Of a DNA stretch of 64,000 nt, positions 1 through 10,475 are shown in pieces. The DNA lies in assembly GCA_964592385.1 (NCBI GenBank), contig CAZQEQ010000003.1, positions 13,759 to 77,758 of the forward strand. Direction: 5' to 3'. The notes below the pieces were generated by a model, which was given only the letters and a program-made list of their open reading frames with translations, made no database searches and was not told where the DNA came from. The DNA comes from an uncultured candidatus Brocadiaceae bacterium (GTDB taxonomy: Bacteria; Planctomycetota; Brocadiia; SM23-32). Position 1 is the first letter of the stretch, and each line of letters begins with the position of its first letter. The position numbers and the translations under genes are program-made.

Positions 1-80
1 TCGTCCAGCCGGAGGAAGGAACGGTCTACGCCGCGTGAGCGGCGGGCCGCCCCGTCAGAACACAGAGGAGGGAAGCCGCA

Positions 81-827
81 ATGGCGACGATGCGAGTGGG
101 TCTCTTCGGCGATTCGATCTCCAAGCAGGCGAACATGACCGTGTTGCTGCCCGACCGCGTCGAGGCCGGCGGTCCGTACCCCGTGCTGTACCTGCTGCAC
201 GGCATGTCGGACGACGACACCATCTGGACGCGGCGCACGTCGCTGGAGCGATACACGGCGGACATGCCGCTGATCGTCGTCATGCCGGACGGTGCCCGCA
301 GCTTCTACACCGACGCCCGGCGGGGGCCGGCCTACGAGAGCCACATCATGAAGGACGTCATCGGGTTCACGGAGCGTTTCTTCCCGGCCATCCGCGAGCG
401 GCGCGGACGGGTCATCGGGGGGCTCTCGATGGGCGGATACGGCGCCATGAAACTGGCCCTCAAGCACCCGGACATCTTCTGCAGCGTCGTCTCCCATTCG
501 AGCGCCTTCGACATCGCCAAGCGGCTCAAGGACCGCGAGGACCTGCAGGACGCACTGGCACTCATATTCGGCGACGACCCGGCCGAGGGCGGCAACGACA
601 TCTTCGCACTGGCCGAGCAGATCGACCGGAGCAAGCTGCCCGCCATCCGGTTCGACTGCGGCACGGAGGACGGCCTGCTTGAGGACAGCCGGGACTTCCA
701 CAAGCACCTGGAGAAGCTGGGCATCGAGCACGAATACGAGGAGTTCCCCGGCTCGCACAACTGGGGCTACTGGGACGTGCACGTGCAGGAGGCCCTGGCC
801 TTCCACGCGCGCGCGCTGGGCCTGTGA
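81..827 (+). CDS. Esterase of the esterase D / S-formylglutathione hydrolase-like alpha/beta-hydrolase family
   Basis: 248-aa ORF with a GLSMGG nucleophile-elbow motif and HG..D motifs. A GAGGAGGG RBS lies 8 nt upstream of the ATG. Confidence 0.8.
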   Translation: MATMRVGLFGDSISKQANMTVLLPDRVEAGGPYPVLYLLHGMSDDDTIWTRRTSLERYTADMPLIVVMPDGARSFYTDARRGPAYESHIMKDVIGFTERFFPAIRERRGRVIGGLSMGGYGAMKLALKHPDIFCSVVSHSSAFDIAKRLKDREDLQDALALIFGDDPAEGGNDIFALAEQIDRSKLPAIRFDCGTEDGLLEDSRDFHKHLEKLGIEHEYEEFPGSHNWGYWDVHVQEALAFHARALGL

Positions 828-1017
828 CGGCCTGCCGGCATGGGGCCGCGGGGCCCCTTCAGCGCGGCCGGCGGCAACTGTGGGCGGGCATGAGCCACGG
901 CGGGGGGACGGCTTTCTGCCGTAATGTTTCCTTGACAACGCCCTCTGCGCGGTTAAGATTGTGGGTCTGTCGTTTGCTTTGGCTTCGTTACTGGTGCGCG
1001 GGAAAGGAGTTGCGCAG

Positions 1018-2385
1018 ATGTCTGAGTTGACGCGTGTCATCCTGAGGGAAGACGACCTTCCGAGGCAGTGGTACAACATACAGGCGGACCTGCCCAATCC
1101 GCTTCAGCCGCCTCTGCACCCCGGCACGGGGCAGCCGATAGGGCCTGAGGACCTGGCCCCCGTCTTCCCGATGAACCTGATCGAGCAGGAAGTCAGCCAG
1201 GAGCGATGGATTGACATCCCCGAGGAAATCCTGGAGAAATACAGTCTCTGGCGCCCCTCGCCCCTGCACCGCGCCAAGTTCCTGGAGGAGGCGCTCGATA
1301 CGCCCGCCAGGATCTACTACAAGAATGAAGGCGTCTCCCCGCCCGGCAGCCACAAGCCCAACACGGCCGTGGCGCAGGCGTACTACAACAAGGAATTCGG
1401 GATCAAGCGCCTGACTACCGAGACGGGCGCCGGGCAATGGGGCAGCGCGCTCTCGATGGCCTGCAAGCTGTTCGGCCTCGAGTGCAAGGTTTACATGGTC
1501 CGCATCAGCTTCGACCAGAAGCCCTTCCGCAAGCTGATGATGAGCGTCTGGGGGGCGGACTGCGTGGCCAGCCCCAGCGAGGAAACCCAGATCGGCCGGA
1601 AGATCCTGCAAGAGATGCCCGACACGCCCGGCAGCCTGGGCATAGCCATCAGTGAGGCCATCGAGGACGCCGTCACCTCCGAGAACACGCGATACTCCCT
1701 GGGCAGCGTCCTGAACCACGTCCTGATGCACCAGACGGTCATCGGCCTCGAAGCGAAGAAGCAGTTCGAGTTGATCGGCGAGTATCCGGACGTAGTGATC
1801 GGCTGCGCGGGTGGCGGCTCCAACTTCGCCGGCACGGTCTTCCCGTTCGTGTGCGACAAGATCCACGGCAAGGAGGTGCGGGTCGTCGCCACGGAGCCGA
1901 CGGCTTGCCCCACGATGACGCGCGCGCCTTTCATTTATGACTTCGGCGACACGGGCGAGACGACGCCGCTGCTGCCGATGTACTCGCTGGGTCACGACTT
2001 CGTCCCGCCGCCCATTCACGCCGGCGGGCTGCGTTACCACGGCATGGCTCCCCTGGTCTCCCAGTTGCTCAGAGACGGGCTGATAGAAGCGCAGGCACTG
2101 CACCAGTTGGAGTGCTACGAGAGCGCCGTCCTGTTCGCCCGCACCGAGGGATTCATCCCGGCCCCCGAGACCGCTCATGCCATCGCATCCGTCATCCGGG
2201 AGGCCCGGAAGGCCAAAGAAGAAGGCAAGGAGAAGGTCCTCCTCTTCAACTGGTCGGGACACGGCCTGATGGACCTGACGGGCTACGACGCCTACTTCAG
2301 CGGCCAGCTTCACGACTACGCGCTTCCCGACGAGGAACTGGAGAAGTCCCTGGCGAGGGTGACGGACCTGCCCAAGCCGAAGTGA
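1018..2385 (+). CDS. TrpB-like PLP-dependent enzyme (tryptophan synthase beta, TrpB2 type)
   Basis: The ORF track starts it at 961. The internal ATG at 1018 is preferred because it is preceded by AAAGGAG. The sequence has the length and conserved blocks of stand-alone TrpB2 (HKPN lysine region and a GGGSN glycine loop). Confidence 0.8.
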   Translation: MSELTRVILREDDLPRQWYNIQADLPNPLQPPLHPGTGQPIGPEDLAPVFPMNLIEQEVSQERWIDIPEEILEKYSLWRPSPLHRAKFLEEALDTPARIYYKNEGVSPPGSHKPNTAVAQAYYNKEFGIKRLTTETGAGQWGSALSMACKLFGLECKVYMVRISFDQKPFRKLMMSVWGADCVASPSEETQIGRKILQEMPDTPGSLGIAISEAIEDAVTSENTRYSLGSVLNHVLMHQTVIGLEAKKQFELIGEYPDVVIGCAGGGSNFAGTVFPFVCDKIHGKEVRVVATEPTACPTMTRAPFIYDFGDTGETTPLLPMYSLGHDFVPPPIHAGGLRYHGMAPLVSQLLRDGLIEAQALHQLECYESAVLFARTEGFIPAPETAHAIASVIREARKAKEEGKEKVLLFNWSGHGLMDLTGYDAYFSGQLHDYALPDEELEKSLARVTDLPKPK

Positions 2386-2407
2386 CCCACGCGCAAGGAG
2401 CCCGGCG

Positions 2408-2689
2408 TTGCTGGAGGAGCACGACGAGCGGTCCCGGCGCTGCCCGCGCCTGGGGCACGAGGTCACCTTCCACTACTGCCGCACGCAGGAGGGCAGCTCG
2501 CTCTGCGGGCGCATCCTGGACTGCTGGTGGGAGGCGTTCGACGTCCGCGCCTTCGTGGCGGAGCACTTCGGCCCGGAGAAGGTCGAAGAACTGCTCGACC
2601 GCGAACACCCCAACAAGGTGATGAGCATCCTGGACATCGTGCAGCAGGTGCAGCAGAGGGCGGCCCGGGACCGGGAGTCTTCCCAGTAG
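2408..2689 (+). CDS. Hypothetical small Cys/His-rich protein (93 aa)
   Basis: TTG start preceded by AAGGAG at a 7-nt spacing. Strong GC3 codon bias consistent with real coding. Contains C-x-x-x-x-H...H-x-C...C...C. No family recognised. Confidence 0.35.
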   Translation: MLEEHDERSRRCPRLGHEVTFHYCRTQEGSSLCGRILDCWWEAFDVRAFVAEHFGPEKVEELLDREHPNKVMSILDIVQQVQQRAARDRESSQ

Positions 2690-2722
2690 GGGCCGCGCCG
2701 CCCCCAGGCGCCGGCGGGGCGC

Positions 2723-4042
2723 TTATTCTTCCGCCTGTTCGGGCCGGCGCCTGTCAATGACGCGGACGGCCTTGCCCTTCGGCCGCGGCAGGGAGCCGGG
2801 CTCCACCAGCTTGATGTCGGTGCTCAAGCTGAGGGCCTCGTTAAGGCGCTGCTCGATCTCCTCCTCCATCCGGCGCAGGTTCTTCATCTCGTCGGAGAGC
2901 ATCTGCTCGGTGACCTCTATCTTCACCTCGAGCGTGTCCAGCGCGCCCTTGCGGTCCACGATGATCTGGTAATTCGGGCTGGTGCCCTCCATCTCCAGGA
3001 AGGCGTGCTCGATCTGGCTGGGGAAGACGTTGACGCCCCGGATGATCAGCATGTCGTCCGTGCGCCCGGTGACGCGCGCCATCCGACGCGACGTTCGGCC
3101 GCACTCGCAGGGCTGGTCCTGCAGCGAGGTGACGTCGCGCGTGCGGTAGCGCAGCACGGGCAGCGCCTCCCTGGTCAGGGTCGTCAGGACCAGTTCCCCC
3201 TCTTCGCCCGGCGGCAGCACCTCGCCCGTGTTCGGGTCGATCACCTCCGGGTAGAAGTGGTCCTCGAAGACGTGCATCCCGCCTCGCATCCGGCACTCGC
3301 CGCTGACGCCGGGGCCGATCACCTCGCTCAGTCCATAGTTGTCGTAGCCGGCCAGGCCGTACTGCTCCTCCATCTGCTGGCGCATCTGGTCGGACCACGG
3401 CTCCGCGCCGAAGCAGCCCACGCGCAGGCTGGTGTCCCTGACCAGGTCAACCCCCATCTCGTGCGCCGTCTCGCACAGGTAGAACCCGTACGAGGGCGTG
3501 CAGACGATGTGCGTTGTGCCCAGGTCCTGGATGAGCTGGATGTGGCGCCGCGTGTTCCCGGCGGCGGCCGGCACGACCTGCGCGCCGACGCGCTCGACGC
3601 CGTAGTGCAGCCCGAAGCCGCCGGTGAACAACCCGTAGCTGAAGGCCACCTGGACGACCGACTCCTGGCTGACGCCGGCCATGGCCAAAAAGCGCGCCAC
3701 CAGGTCGGCCCAGGTCTCCAGGTCCCGCCTGGTGTAGGCGACGACGGTCGCCGCGCCGGTCGTGCCGCTGGAGGCGTGCACGCGCACCACCTCCCGCCGC
3801 GCCACAGCCAGCAGGCCGTATGGGTAAGCGTCCCGGAAGTCGTCCTTGACGGTGAAGGGAAGGCGCTGAACGTCATCGAGGGAGCGGACGTCCTCCGGTC
3901 GCACGCCCGCCTCGTCCAGCTTCCTCCTGTAGAAAGGAACGTGCGCGTATGCGCGGGCGACGGTGTTCTTCAGGCGTTCGGTTTGCAGGTCAAGCAGTTG
4001 CGCACGAGGCATGCACTCGTGCTGCGCGTCCCATGTGTACAT
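2723..4042 (-). CDS. paaK: Phenylacetate-CoA ligase family (PaaK / coenzyme F390 synthetase-like) acyl-CoA synthetase
   Basis: 439 aa with an SSGTTG AMP-binding motif and overall PaaK-like organisation. A GGAGGG RBS precedes the ATG. Last gene of the iorAB cluster. Confidence 0.85.
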   Translation of the reverse strand: MYTWDAQHECMPRAQLLDLQTERLKNTVARAYAHVPFYRRKLDEAGVRPEDVRSLDDVQRLPFTVKDDFRDAYPYGLLAVARREVVRVHASSGTTGAATVVAYTRRDLETWADLVARFLAMAGVSQESVVQVAFSYGLFTGGFGLHYGVERVGAQVVPAAAGNTRRHIQLIQDLGTTHIVCTPSYGFYLCETAHEMGVDLVRDTSLRVGCFGAEPWSDQMRQQMEEQYGLAGYDNYGLSEVIGPGVSGECRMRGGMHVFEDHFYPEVIDPNTGEVLPPGEEGELVLTTLTREALPVLRYRTRDVTSLQDQPCECGRTSRRMARVTGRTDDMLIIRGVNVFPSQIEHAFLEMEGTSPNYQIIVDRKGALDTLEVKIEVTEQMLSDEMKNLRRMEEEIEQRLNEALSLSTDIKLVEPGSLPRPKGKAVRVIDRRRPEQAEE

Positions 4043-4058
4043 GTCGGCCCTCCGAGGC

Positions 4059-4490
4059 TCACTCGCCCAGCACGTCCACCTTGCCCATCACGCTGAAGCC
4101 GGCGTCGCCGAGGCACTGGATCGCCGCCTGGGGATCCTCGAAGCGGAAGATCAGCGCCGCCCGCCGGACCTTGAGCGACGAGAAGGCGTACATGTACTCC
4201 ACGTTGATCCCGCCCTCATCCAGGGCGCTGAGCAGGCTGGCGAGCCCGCCCGGCCTGTCCTCCACCTCAACCGCCAGAACGTCGTTCATGACGACGGTGA
4301 AGCCGGCTTCCTTGAGGGCACCGCGGGCGGTCTCGGCATCGGACACGATCAGTCTCAGTATCCCGAAGTCCGCCGTGTCGGCCAGGCTGAGCGCCACGAT
4401 GTTGACTCCGTGGTCCGCCAGCGCAGTTGTGGCGGCCGCCAGGCGGCCGGACCGGTTCTCAACGAAAACGGAGAGCTGTCTGACGAGCAT
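4059..4490 (-). CDS. ACT-domain protein (two ACT repeats)
   Basis: 143 aa with an ACT-like repeated beta-alpha-beta-beta-alpha-beta pattern. It is the usual small partner gene between paaK copies in IOR operons. AGGAGG RBS. Confidence 0.8.
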   Translation of the reverse strand: MLVRQLSVFVENRSGRLAAATTALADHGVNIVALSLADTADFGILRLIVSDAETARGALKEAGFTVVMNDVLAVEVEDRPGGLASLLSALDEGGINVEYMYAFSSLKVRRAALIFRFEDPQAAIQCLGDAGFSVMGKVDVLGE

Positions 4491-4505
4491 CTCTGCACCT
4501 CCTGC

Positions 4506-5798
4506 TCACTTTTTCCGCTGGTCAATGACGCGCTTCGCCTTGCCCATGCTCCGCTCGATGGAGCCGGGCTCCATCAGCCTGACGCGCACGTGCAGGCCCA
4601 GCACGTTCTCGATCTTCGTGCGCACGTTCTGCCCGAAGGCCTCCAGCTCGCGCACCTTGTCCGAGAAGAAAGCTTCCTCCACCTCGACCTGCACCTCCAT
4701 GTCGTCCAGCGCGCCCTTGCGGTCAACGACGATCTGGTAGTGCGGCTGCGTGCCCTCGATGCCCAGCAGAATGGACTCGATCTGGCTGGGGAACACGTTC
4801 GTGCCGCGGATGATCAGCATGTCGTCGGTGCGGCCCGCAATGCGCTCCATGCGGCACGTCGTCCGCCCACAGGCGCACTTGTCCCAGTGCAGGCGGGTGA
4901 TGTCGCGCGTGCGGAACCGGATCACCGGCATGCCGGTCTTGGTAATGGTGGTGAGGATCAACTCGCCCTCGTCCTGGGCCGGCTCCAGCGTCTCCGGGTC
5001 CACGAGTTCGGGCATGAAGTGGTCCTCGAAGATGTGCAGGCCGTTCTGGGCCTCGCACTCGCTGGACACGCCGGGCCCGATGATCTCCGTCAGCCCGTAG
5101 ATGTCGTAGGCCTTGACGCCCATCCGCTCCTCGATCTCGTCCCGCATCTGGTCCGTCCAGGGCTCCGCGCCGAAGATGCCGATGCGCAGGTTCGTGTCCC
5201 GGAAGTCCACCCCCATCTGGTGCGCCACCTCGACGAGGTACATGCAGTAGCTGGGCGTGCCCATCCAGGCCGTGACGCCGAAGTCCTGGATCAGCATCAC
5301 CTGCCGCTCGGTGTTGCCGCCGGAGACGGGGATCACGGTCGCGCCGAGGCGTTCAAGGCCGTAGTGGGCCCCCAGCCCTCCCGTGAACAGCCCGTAGCCC
5401 CAGGCCACCTGGCAGACGTCCCGCGGCGTCACGCCGATCAGGTGGAACGTGCGGGCCATGACCTCGCTCCACAGGTCAATGTCGCCCCTGGTGTAGCCGG
5501 CCACGATGGGCTTGCCAGTAGTGCCGCTGGAGCAGTGCGTGCGCACGATCTGGTCCATCGGGGCGGCGAACAGGCCGAAGGGGTAATTGTCCCTCAGGTC
5601 GTTCTTCACCGTGAAGGGCAGCTTGCGGATATCCTCCAGGGATTGCAGGTCGTTCTCGGTGACGCCCTTCTCTTCCAGCGCACGCGCGTAGAAGGGCACG
5701 TTCTGTCGTGCGTAAGCCACCGTGCGCCGCAGCCGCTCCAGCTTCAGTGCGTCCAACTCCTCACGCGGCATGTGGTCTTTGTTCCACAGTTCTTCCAT
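4506..5798 (-). CDS. paaK: Phenylacetate-CoA ligase family acyl-CoA synthetase (second copy)
   Basis: Start moved to the ATG at 5798 (peptide MEELWNK...), 8 nt after GGAGGG. The track start at 5864 has no RBS. Contains an SSGTTGKP motif. Confidence 0.85.
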   Translation of the reverse strand: MEELWNKDHMPREELDALKLERLRRTVAYARQNVPFYARALEEKGVTENDLQSLEDIRKLPFTVKNDLRDNYPFGLFAAPMDQIVRTHCSSGTTGKPIVAGYTRGDIDLWSEVMARTFHLIGVTPRDVCQVAWGYGLFTGGLGAHYGLERLGATVIPVSGGNTERQVMLIQDFGVTAWMGTPSYCMYLVEVAHQMGVDFRDTNLRIGIFGAEPWTDQMRDEIEERMGVKAYDIYGLTEIIGPGVSSECEAQNGLHIFEDHFMPELVDPETLEPAQDEGELILTTITKTGMPVIRFRTRDITRLHWDKCACGRTTCRMERIAGRTDDMLIIRGTNVFPSQIESILLGIEGTQPHYQIVVDRKGALDDMEVQVEVEEAFFSDKVRELEAFGQNVRTKIENVLGLHVRVRLMEPGSIERSMGKAKRVIDQRKK

Positions 5799-5814
5799 GA
5801 GCATCTCCCTCCGA

Positions 5815-6306
5815 TCAATCGTCGAAACGCCGGCCCGTTTCAAACGCGGCGACATTTGCCTCAACGGTCCTCTCGGGCAGGCAGCGCCTGACGGCGTCGT
5901 GCCAGGATTGCGGCTCGACGTCGAAAAACCGGGAAAGCCTGCCCAGGGCGGCCATGTTCACCGAACGCGGATTCGCCACCTGCCCGCGCAGTTCCGCCGG
6001 CACGCCGATGAGCCGCCCGCGCTCACTGCGCAGGCGCGGCGCCGCCCGTCTGCCCTCGCTGTCGTCCAGCGCGACGATGAAGTCGGCCTCCTCGTAAGCG
6101 GCCAGCGGCGAGAACACGCGCTCGCCGCAGCGCACTTCGCTCAAGACGCTGCCTCCCCGTTGCGCCATGCCGTGGACTTCGCTCTGCTTGACGTCGTAAC
6201 CCTGGCCCATCAGCACCTCGGCCAGGACCTGGCTGGTCTTCAGCACGCCCTGCCCGCCGACGCCGACTATGAGCACGTTGACTGTCTCACTCGCCGCCAA
6301 CTTCAC
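5815..6306 (-). CDS. iorB: Indolepyruvate:ferredoxin oxidoreductase subunit beta
   Basis: 163 aa with GVGGQG at the N-terminus (POR gamma-like fold). GTG start overlaps the iorA stop (GTGA). Confidence 0.8.
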   Translation of the reverse strand: MKLAASETVNVLIVGVGGQGVLKTSQVLAEVLMGQGYDVKQSEVHGMAQRGGSVLSEVRCGERVFSPLAAYEEADFIVALDDSEGRRAAPRLRSERGRLIGVPAELRGQVANPRSVNMAALGRLSRFFDVEPQSWHDAVRRCLPERTVEANVAAFETGRRFDD

Positions 6307-8072
6307 ACCTCTTCAACGGCGTCGAACTTGCACACGTCGAAGCACAGGCCGCAGCCCGTGCAGTAGAGCGGATTGATCTCGACGTGGCCCTCGGCCTGCT
6401 CCAGCGCCGGGCAGCCGGTCTTCAGGCACGCGCCGCAGTCCTTGCACAGATCGGGGGCGATACGGTAGCGCCTGCGCTCGGCGTCCCTGCGCAGAAGCAG
6501 GCAGGGCCGCCGGCAGACGATGACGCTGTACTCCGCTCGGCCCAGGCTCTCCTCCAGCGCTTCCTGAAGCCCCGACCTGTCGTAGGAATCGACCACCTTC
6601 ACGTCCCTGACGCCCAGTCCCCGGCAGGCATTCTCGGGGGTCACCGTCGGCGCGGGCTCGCCGTCCAGCCGAAGGCCCGTCCCCGGGTGCGCCTGGCCTC
6701 CCGTCATGGCTGTCGTGCCGTTGTCCAGGATCAGCAGCGTGCCGGTCGAGCCGTTGTACACGGCATCCAGCACGCCGGTCAGCCCGGAGTGAAAGAACGT
6801 GCTGTCGCCGATGACCGCCACGACCCGCCGGGCCTCCTCCTGCGACACCACCCGTTCAATCCCCAGCGCATTGCCCACGCTGGCGCCCATGCAGATGCAC
6901 GTATCCAGGTTCGACAGCGGGGGGAGCGCACCGAGAGTGTAGCAGCCGATGTCGCCGGTGACAATCAGTTTCAGTTTCTTCAGCACGTGGAAGACACTGC
7001 GATGGCCACAGCCGGCGCAGAGCACGGGCGGACGCGGCGGCGGCAGGTCGGACGGCGCCTCGCGGGCCGCGTCCGGCCGGCCCTCGATGATGGCGCGCAC
7101 GCGGTCCGGGTTCAGCTCGCCCAGGCGGAAGCACCGGTCCTTGCCCCGCGCCTCGATGCCCGCCGCACGGATGTTCTCCAGCATGAAGTCGCTCAGTTCC
7201 TCGACGACCAGCAGGTCGCCGACGGCCCGGCCGAACTCGCCGATGCTCTTCAGCGGCAACGGCCAGGACATGCCCACCTTGAAGACCGGCACGTTCGGGG
7301 CCACCTCCCGCACGTATTGGTAGGCCACGCCGGCAGCCACGATGCCCAGCGGCGCCCCTTCGGGGTCGCCCACGCACGCGTTCACCTCGACGGTCTCGCT
7401 CAACTCCTCCAGTCTTGCCAGCCTCTCTTCGAGGGCCGCGTGGCGCTTCCTGGCGTTGCCCGGCACCATGACGAAACGCTCTATGTCTCGCTCGAAAGTG
7501 TGGTCCCGCTGCACGTCCTCCGGCGCGCCCGGCGTGACGACGCTCTTGCTGTGGCAGATGCGCGTGGTCAGCCGCAGCAGCACGATGGTCTCGAACTGCT
7601 CGCTCAGCGCGAACGCCGTGCGCGTGAAATCGTACGCTTCCCGGCTGGACGACGGCTCCAGCATGGGCAGGCCGGCGAACCGGGCGTAGTGCCGGTTGTC
7701 CTGCTCGTTCTGGGAGGAGTGCATGCCGGGGTCGTCGGCGCTCACGAGGACCAGGCCGCCCTTGACCCCGGTGTAGGCGCCAGTCATCAGGGGGTCGGAG
7801 GCCACGTTCAGGCCCACGTGCTTCATCGTGACCAGTGAGCGCGCCCGGGCGAAGGAAGAGCCCAGGGCCACTTCCAGGGCCACTTTCTCATTGGGCGCCC
7901 AGCGCGTGACGACGCGCCTGTCGCCGAAGGAGGCGAGCGTCTCCAGGATCTCCGTGCTCGGCGTGCCGGGGTATCCGGTGGCCATCCTGACGCCGACGTG
8001 CAGCGCGGCCAGGGCGACGGCCTCGTTGCCGGCCAGGAGTTGTCTCGCTTGCGCAGTCGCAGGGGAAGTCAT
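6303..8072 (-). CDS. iorA: Indolepyruvate:ferredoxin oxidoreductase subunit alpha
   Basis: 589 aa with a TPP-binding GDS...N motif (GDSTFFHSG) and a C-terminal double 4Fe-4S cluster (CKDCGAC...C ... CTGCGLC...C). Confidence 0.9.
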   Translation of the reverse strand: MTSPATAQARQLLAGNEAVALAALHVGVRMATGYPGTPSTEILETLASFGDRRVVTRWAPNEKVALEVALGSSFARARSLVTMKHVGLNVASDPLMTGAYTGVKGGLVLVSADDPGMHSSQNEQDNRHYARFAGLPMLEPSSSREAYDFTRTAFALSEQFETIVLLRLTTRICHSKSVVTPGAPEDVQRDHTFERDIERFVMVPGNARKRHAALEERLARLEELSETVEVNACVGDPEGAPLGIVAAGVAYQYVREVAPNVPVFKVGMSWPLPLKSIGEFGRAVGDLLVVEELSDFMLENIRAAGIEARGKDRCFRLGELNPDRVRAIIEGRPDAAREAPSDLPPPRPPVLCAGCGHRSVFHVLKKLKLIVTGDIGCYTLGALPPLSNLDTCICMGASVGNALGIERVVSQEEARRVVAVIGDSTFFHSGLTGVLDAVYNGSTGTLLILDNGTTAMTGGQAHPGTGLRLDGEPAPTVTPENACRGLGVRDVKVVDSYDRSGLQEALEESLGRAEYSVIVCRRPCLLLRRDAERRRYRIAPDLCKDCGACLKTGCPALEQAEGHVEINPLYCTGCGLCFDVCKFDAVEEV

Positions 8073-8159
8073 TCGTTCACGCTCGCTGATACGGCGGAGC
8101 GGGCGGCCCGCGGCTGCGGCCGCCCGCTGCGAGATTCCGCCTCGCGTCTCGCGCCCGTC

Positions 8160-9968
8160 CTATTGCTGCTCGGGCTTCGCTCCCCCGAAGCAGTAATCGA
8201 CGTGGGCCTTCTCCATGGGTTGGGTCAGCATCGAGACCACGATGGCCGTGATGAGCGCCAGGGGCAATGCGATGACAACCGGGTCCACGACGTCCCAGTT
8301 GGGCGAACCCGACAGGATGCTCTTCTGGACCAAGCCTATCGCCAGGGCTTCCTGCGCCTTCACGAACACCAGCCAGAACGCGCTGACGCCGAAACCCACC
8401 AGGATCGAGGCGATCGCACCGGTCCTGGTCATGCGCTTCCAGAACAGGCAGCCCAGGTAGGCCGGCAGGAAGGCCGAGCCGCAGAGCCCGAAGAATATGG
8501 CGGTCGCACGCGCGATAAAGATGCCGCCGTGCCCCTTGTAGCTGATTATCACCGCGATCACGATGCCGACCATGATCGCTATCCGGGTCACCCCAATGCT
8601 TTTCTCATGATGGCCGGTGGCCTGCTCGTACACGTCGCGCCCGATGCTGGCTCCCAGCGCGTGGAACTGGCTGGACAGCGTGCTCATCGCCGCCGCCAGC
8701 AACGTCAGCAGGAACACCAGCCCGAACCACTTCGGCATCGCCGAGGTGATGTACTGTGGGATGATCTGCTCGGGCCTCTTCGCGTAGACAATGGAAATGC
8801 TGCGGCCCTGGGCGATCTTCAGTGTCTCGTCGTCCTCGGTCAGCTCGGCCTCGAGGTAAGGGGTCTCCTCGTCCAGCAGGACCGGGACCATCTTGGGGCT
8901 GCCGTCATCGCCGAAGACGTGCTCCCAACCGCCGTCCTCTTTCTCGGCGGCCAGGTGCAGCACGGCCAGCCCCTTGCCTTCATCCTTGACCACACTCACT
9001 GTGCCCTTGAAGAGCGGGCCGTTCTGCGAGAAGTAGGCATTCGAAAGGGCCCCGACCGTGAAGGCCGCTCCGGTCATCAGCAGGATGAAGATACCGCCGA
9101 CCAGGACGGCCCGGTTCAGCTCCCGTTTGCTCTTGACGGTCATGAATCGCACGACGAGCTGGGGCTGCGCCAGCACGCCGATGCCGACGCCCATGGTGAT
9201 GGTCGAGACGACGATCCACCAGAGGTTGTACTCCTTCCCGCCCCAGCCAAACTCGGGCATCGCCGTCCAGCCCCGGTGACCGATGGACGCCAGGCTGCCG
9301 GGCACCAGGGGGGCGAGGTCGGTCAGGTCCGAGTGCGCCCGAAGCGGACCTCCCAGCTTGCCATACGTGAACACCAACAGGATCAACATGCCCACCGCCA
9401 TGATGGAGCCCTGCAGGGCGTCGGTGTACATCACGCCCTTCAGCCCGCCGACCACGACGTAGACCGCGATGATCACGCTGAATACGAGCAGCGCGACGTT
9501 ATAGTCGATCGCGAACCGCGCGGCGATGAACTCGGTGCCACCGATCAACACGGCGGCCGAGTAGAGAGGCATGAAGAGAAAAATGACCAGCCCGGCGAAA
9601 ACCTGGATGAACTTGCTGTCGAACCGCCGTCCGAGCAGTTCAGGGAAGGTGTGCGCGTCCAAGTGATGTCCCATTCGGCGGGTGGGCCCGCCCAGAAAGA
9701 CGAAGGCGATGAATATCCCCACGAAGATGTTCAGGAACGTCAGCCACAGCAGGCTCATGCCGAACAGGCCGGCAACGCCGCCGAACCCCACGATGGCCGA
9801 CGTGCTGATAAAGGTGGCGCCGTACGAGAGCGCCATGACGAAGGGGTGGATGCTCCGACCGGCCACCAGGAAGTCCGCGGCCGTCTTGGTCCGCTGGAAG
9901 CCGCGGTAACCCAGGTAGCCGATCGCCATCAGGTAAACAACGACCACGATAATCTCGAGCAGTCCCAT
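8160..9968 (-). CDS. Sodium:solute symporter family (SSS) transporter
   Basis: 602 aa and about 13 predicted TM helices, with a large soluble loop inserted after TM helix 8 or 9. GGGAGGG RBS. Confidence 0.85.
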   Translation of the reverse strand: MGLLEIIVVVVYLMAIGYLGYRGFQRTKTAADFLVAGRSIHPFVMALSYGATFISTSAIVGFGGVAGLFGMSLLWLTFLNIFVGIFIAFVFLGGPTRRMGHHLDAHTFPELLGRRFDSKFIQVFAGLVIFLFMPLYSAAVLIGGTEFIAARFAIDYNVALLVFSVIIAVYVVVGGLKGVMYTDALQGSIMAVGMLILLVFTYGKLGGPLRAHSDLTDLAPLVPGSLASIGHRGWTAMPEFGWGGKEYNLWWIVVSTITMGVGIGVLAQPQLVVRFMTVKSKRELNRAVLVGGIFILLMTGAAFTVGALSNAYFSQNGPLFKGTVSVVKDEGKGLAVLHLAAEKEDGGWEHVFGDDGSPKMVPVLLDEETPYLEAELTEDDETLKIAQGRSISIVYAKRPEQIIPQYITSAMPKWFGLVFLLTLLAAAMSTLSSQFHALGASIGRDVYEQATGHHEKSIGVTRIAIMVGIVIAVIISYKGHGGIFIARATAIFFGLCGSAFLPAYLGCLFWKRMTRTGAIASILVGFGVSAFWLVFVKAQEALAIGLVQKSILSGSPNWDVVDPVVIALPLALITAIVVSMLTQPMEKAHVDYCFGGAKPEQQ

Positions 9969-10054
9969 CTGTCAGACCCTCCCGATTGCGGTTTCGCGCC
10001 TTCGTCCGCCGGCGGCATCCGTCGCGGCGTGCCACCCCTGGCCATCGAGCCCTT

Positions 10055-10225
10055 TCAGAGCACCTCCTCCTCCTCCTTCTCTTCCCTGGCCCACTCCACG
10101 TCCTCTTGCGTGACGGGTTCCTCACCCCTGTTCCAGTTAACCGCCCCGTAAACGACACAGAGCGCGGAACTCAGAACGCACAGCACATAGGCCAGCACGA
10201 CCCATCCGTCCTCAATGCCGAGCAT
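10055..10225 (-). CDS. Small membrane protein, putative SSS accessory subunit (DUF4212-like)
   Basis: Start moved to the ATG at 10225, 7 nt after AGGAGG. One TM helix plus an acidic tail. Sits directly upstream of the SSS gene as in ActP-type loci. Confidence 0.55.
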   Translation of the reverse strand: MLGIEDGWVVLAYVLCVLSSALCVVYGAVNWNRGEEPVTQEDVEWAREEKEEEEVL

Positions 10226-10264
10226 GGACCTGCCTCCTGACCAGAACAGAACTCGGCGCATATT

Positions 10265-10291
10265 CTTGACATAGTGGCGCGTAATGTCAAG
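10265..10291. promoter_or_regulatory. Perfect inverted repeat CTTGACAT-N11-ATGTCAAG in a divergent promoter region
   Basis: 8-bp arms seen directly in the sequence, between the divergent SSS small-subunit gene and the porin gene. Candidate operator site. Confidence 0.3.
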
Positions 10292-10475
10292 TGTTTCTCG
10301 GGTTTCTGAGGGGGGCTTTCAAGCGCAACTATTGCCAGAATATGCTTGAAGTGGGGTCCGTGGAGACGGTAGAATTGCGCCGGCTTTTGTCTGATGCCGG
10401 TGAGAGGCGCGCGAGTTTTCCCTCAGCGCAGCAGTGTGAGTTGAGTCTGGAGCGGGTCCTTGGGAGGAAGGTGCG

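Noticed and set aside
3005-5891. Long plus-strand ORFs (363 and 642 aa) overlapping the minus-strand paaK/ACT/paaK genes
   Set aside because: They are antisense to well-supported genes and have low-complexity Arg/Ala/Gly-rich translations typical of high-GC antisense frames. No motifs or RBS.
7998-10151. 717-aa plus-strand ORF antisense to the SSS transporter
   Set aside because: GC-driven open frame opposite a confidently identified membrane transporter. The translation is Arg/Gly/Asp-rich with no domain signal.
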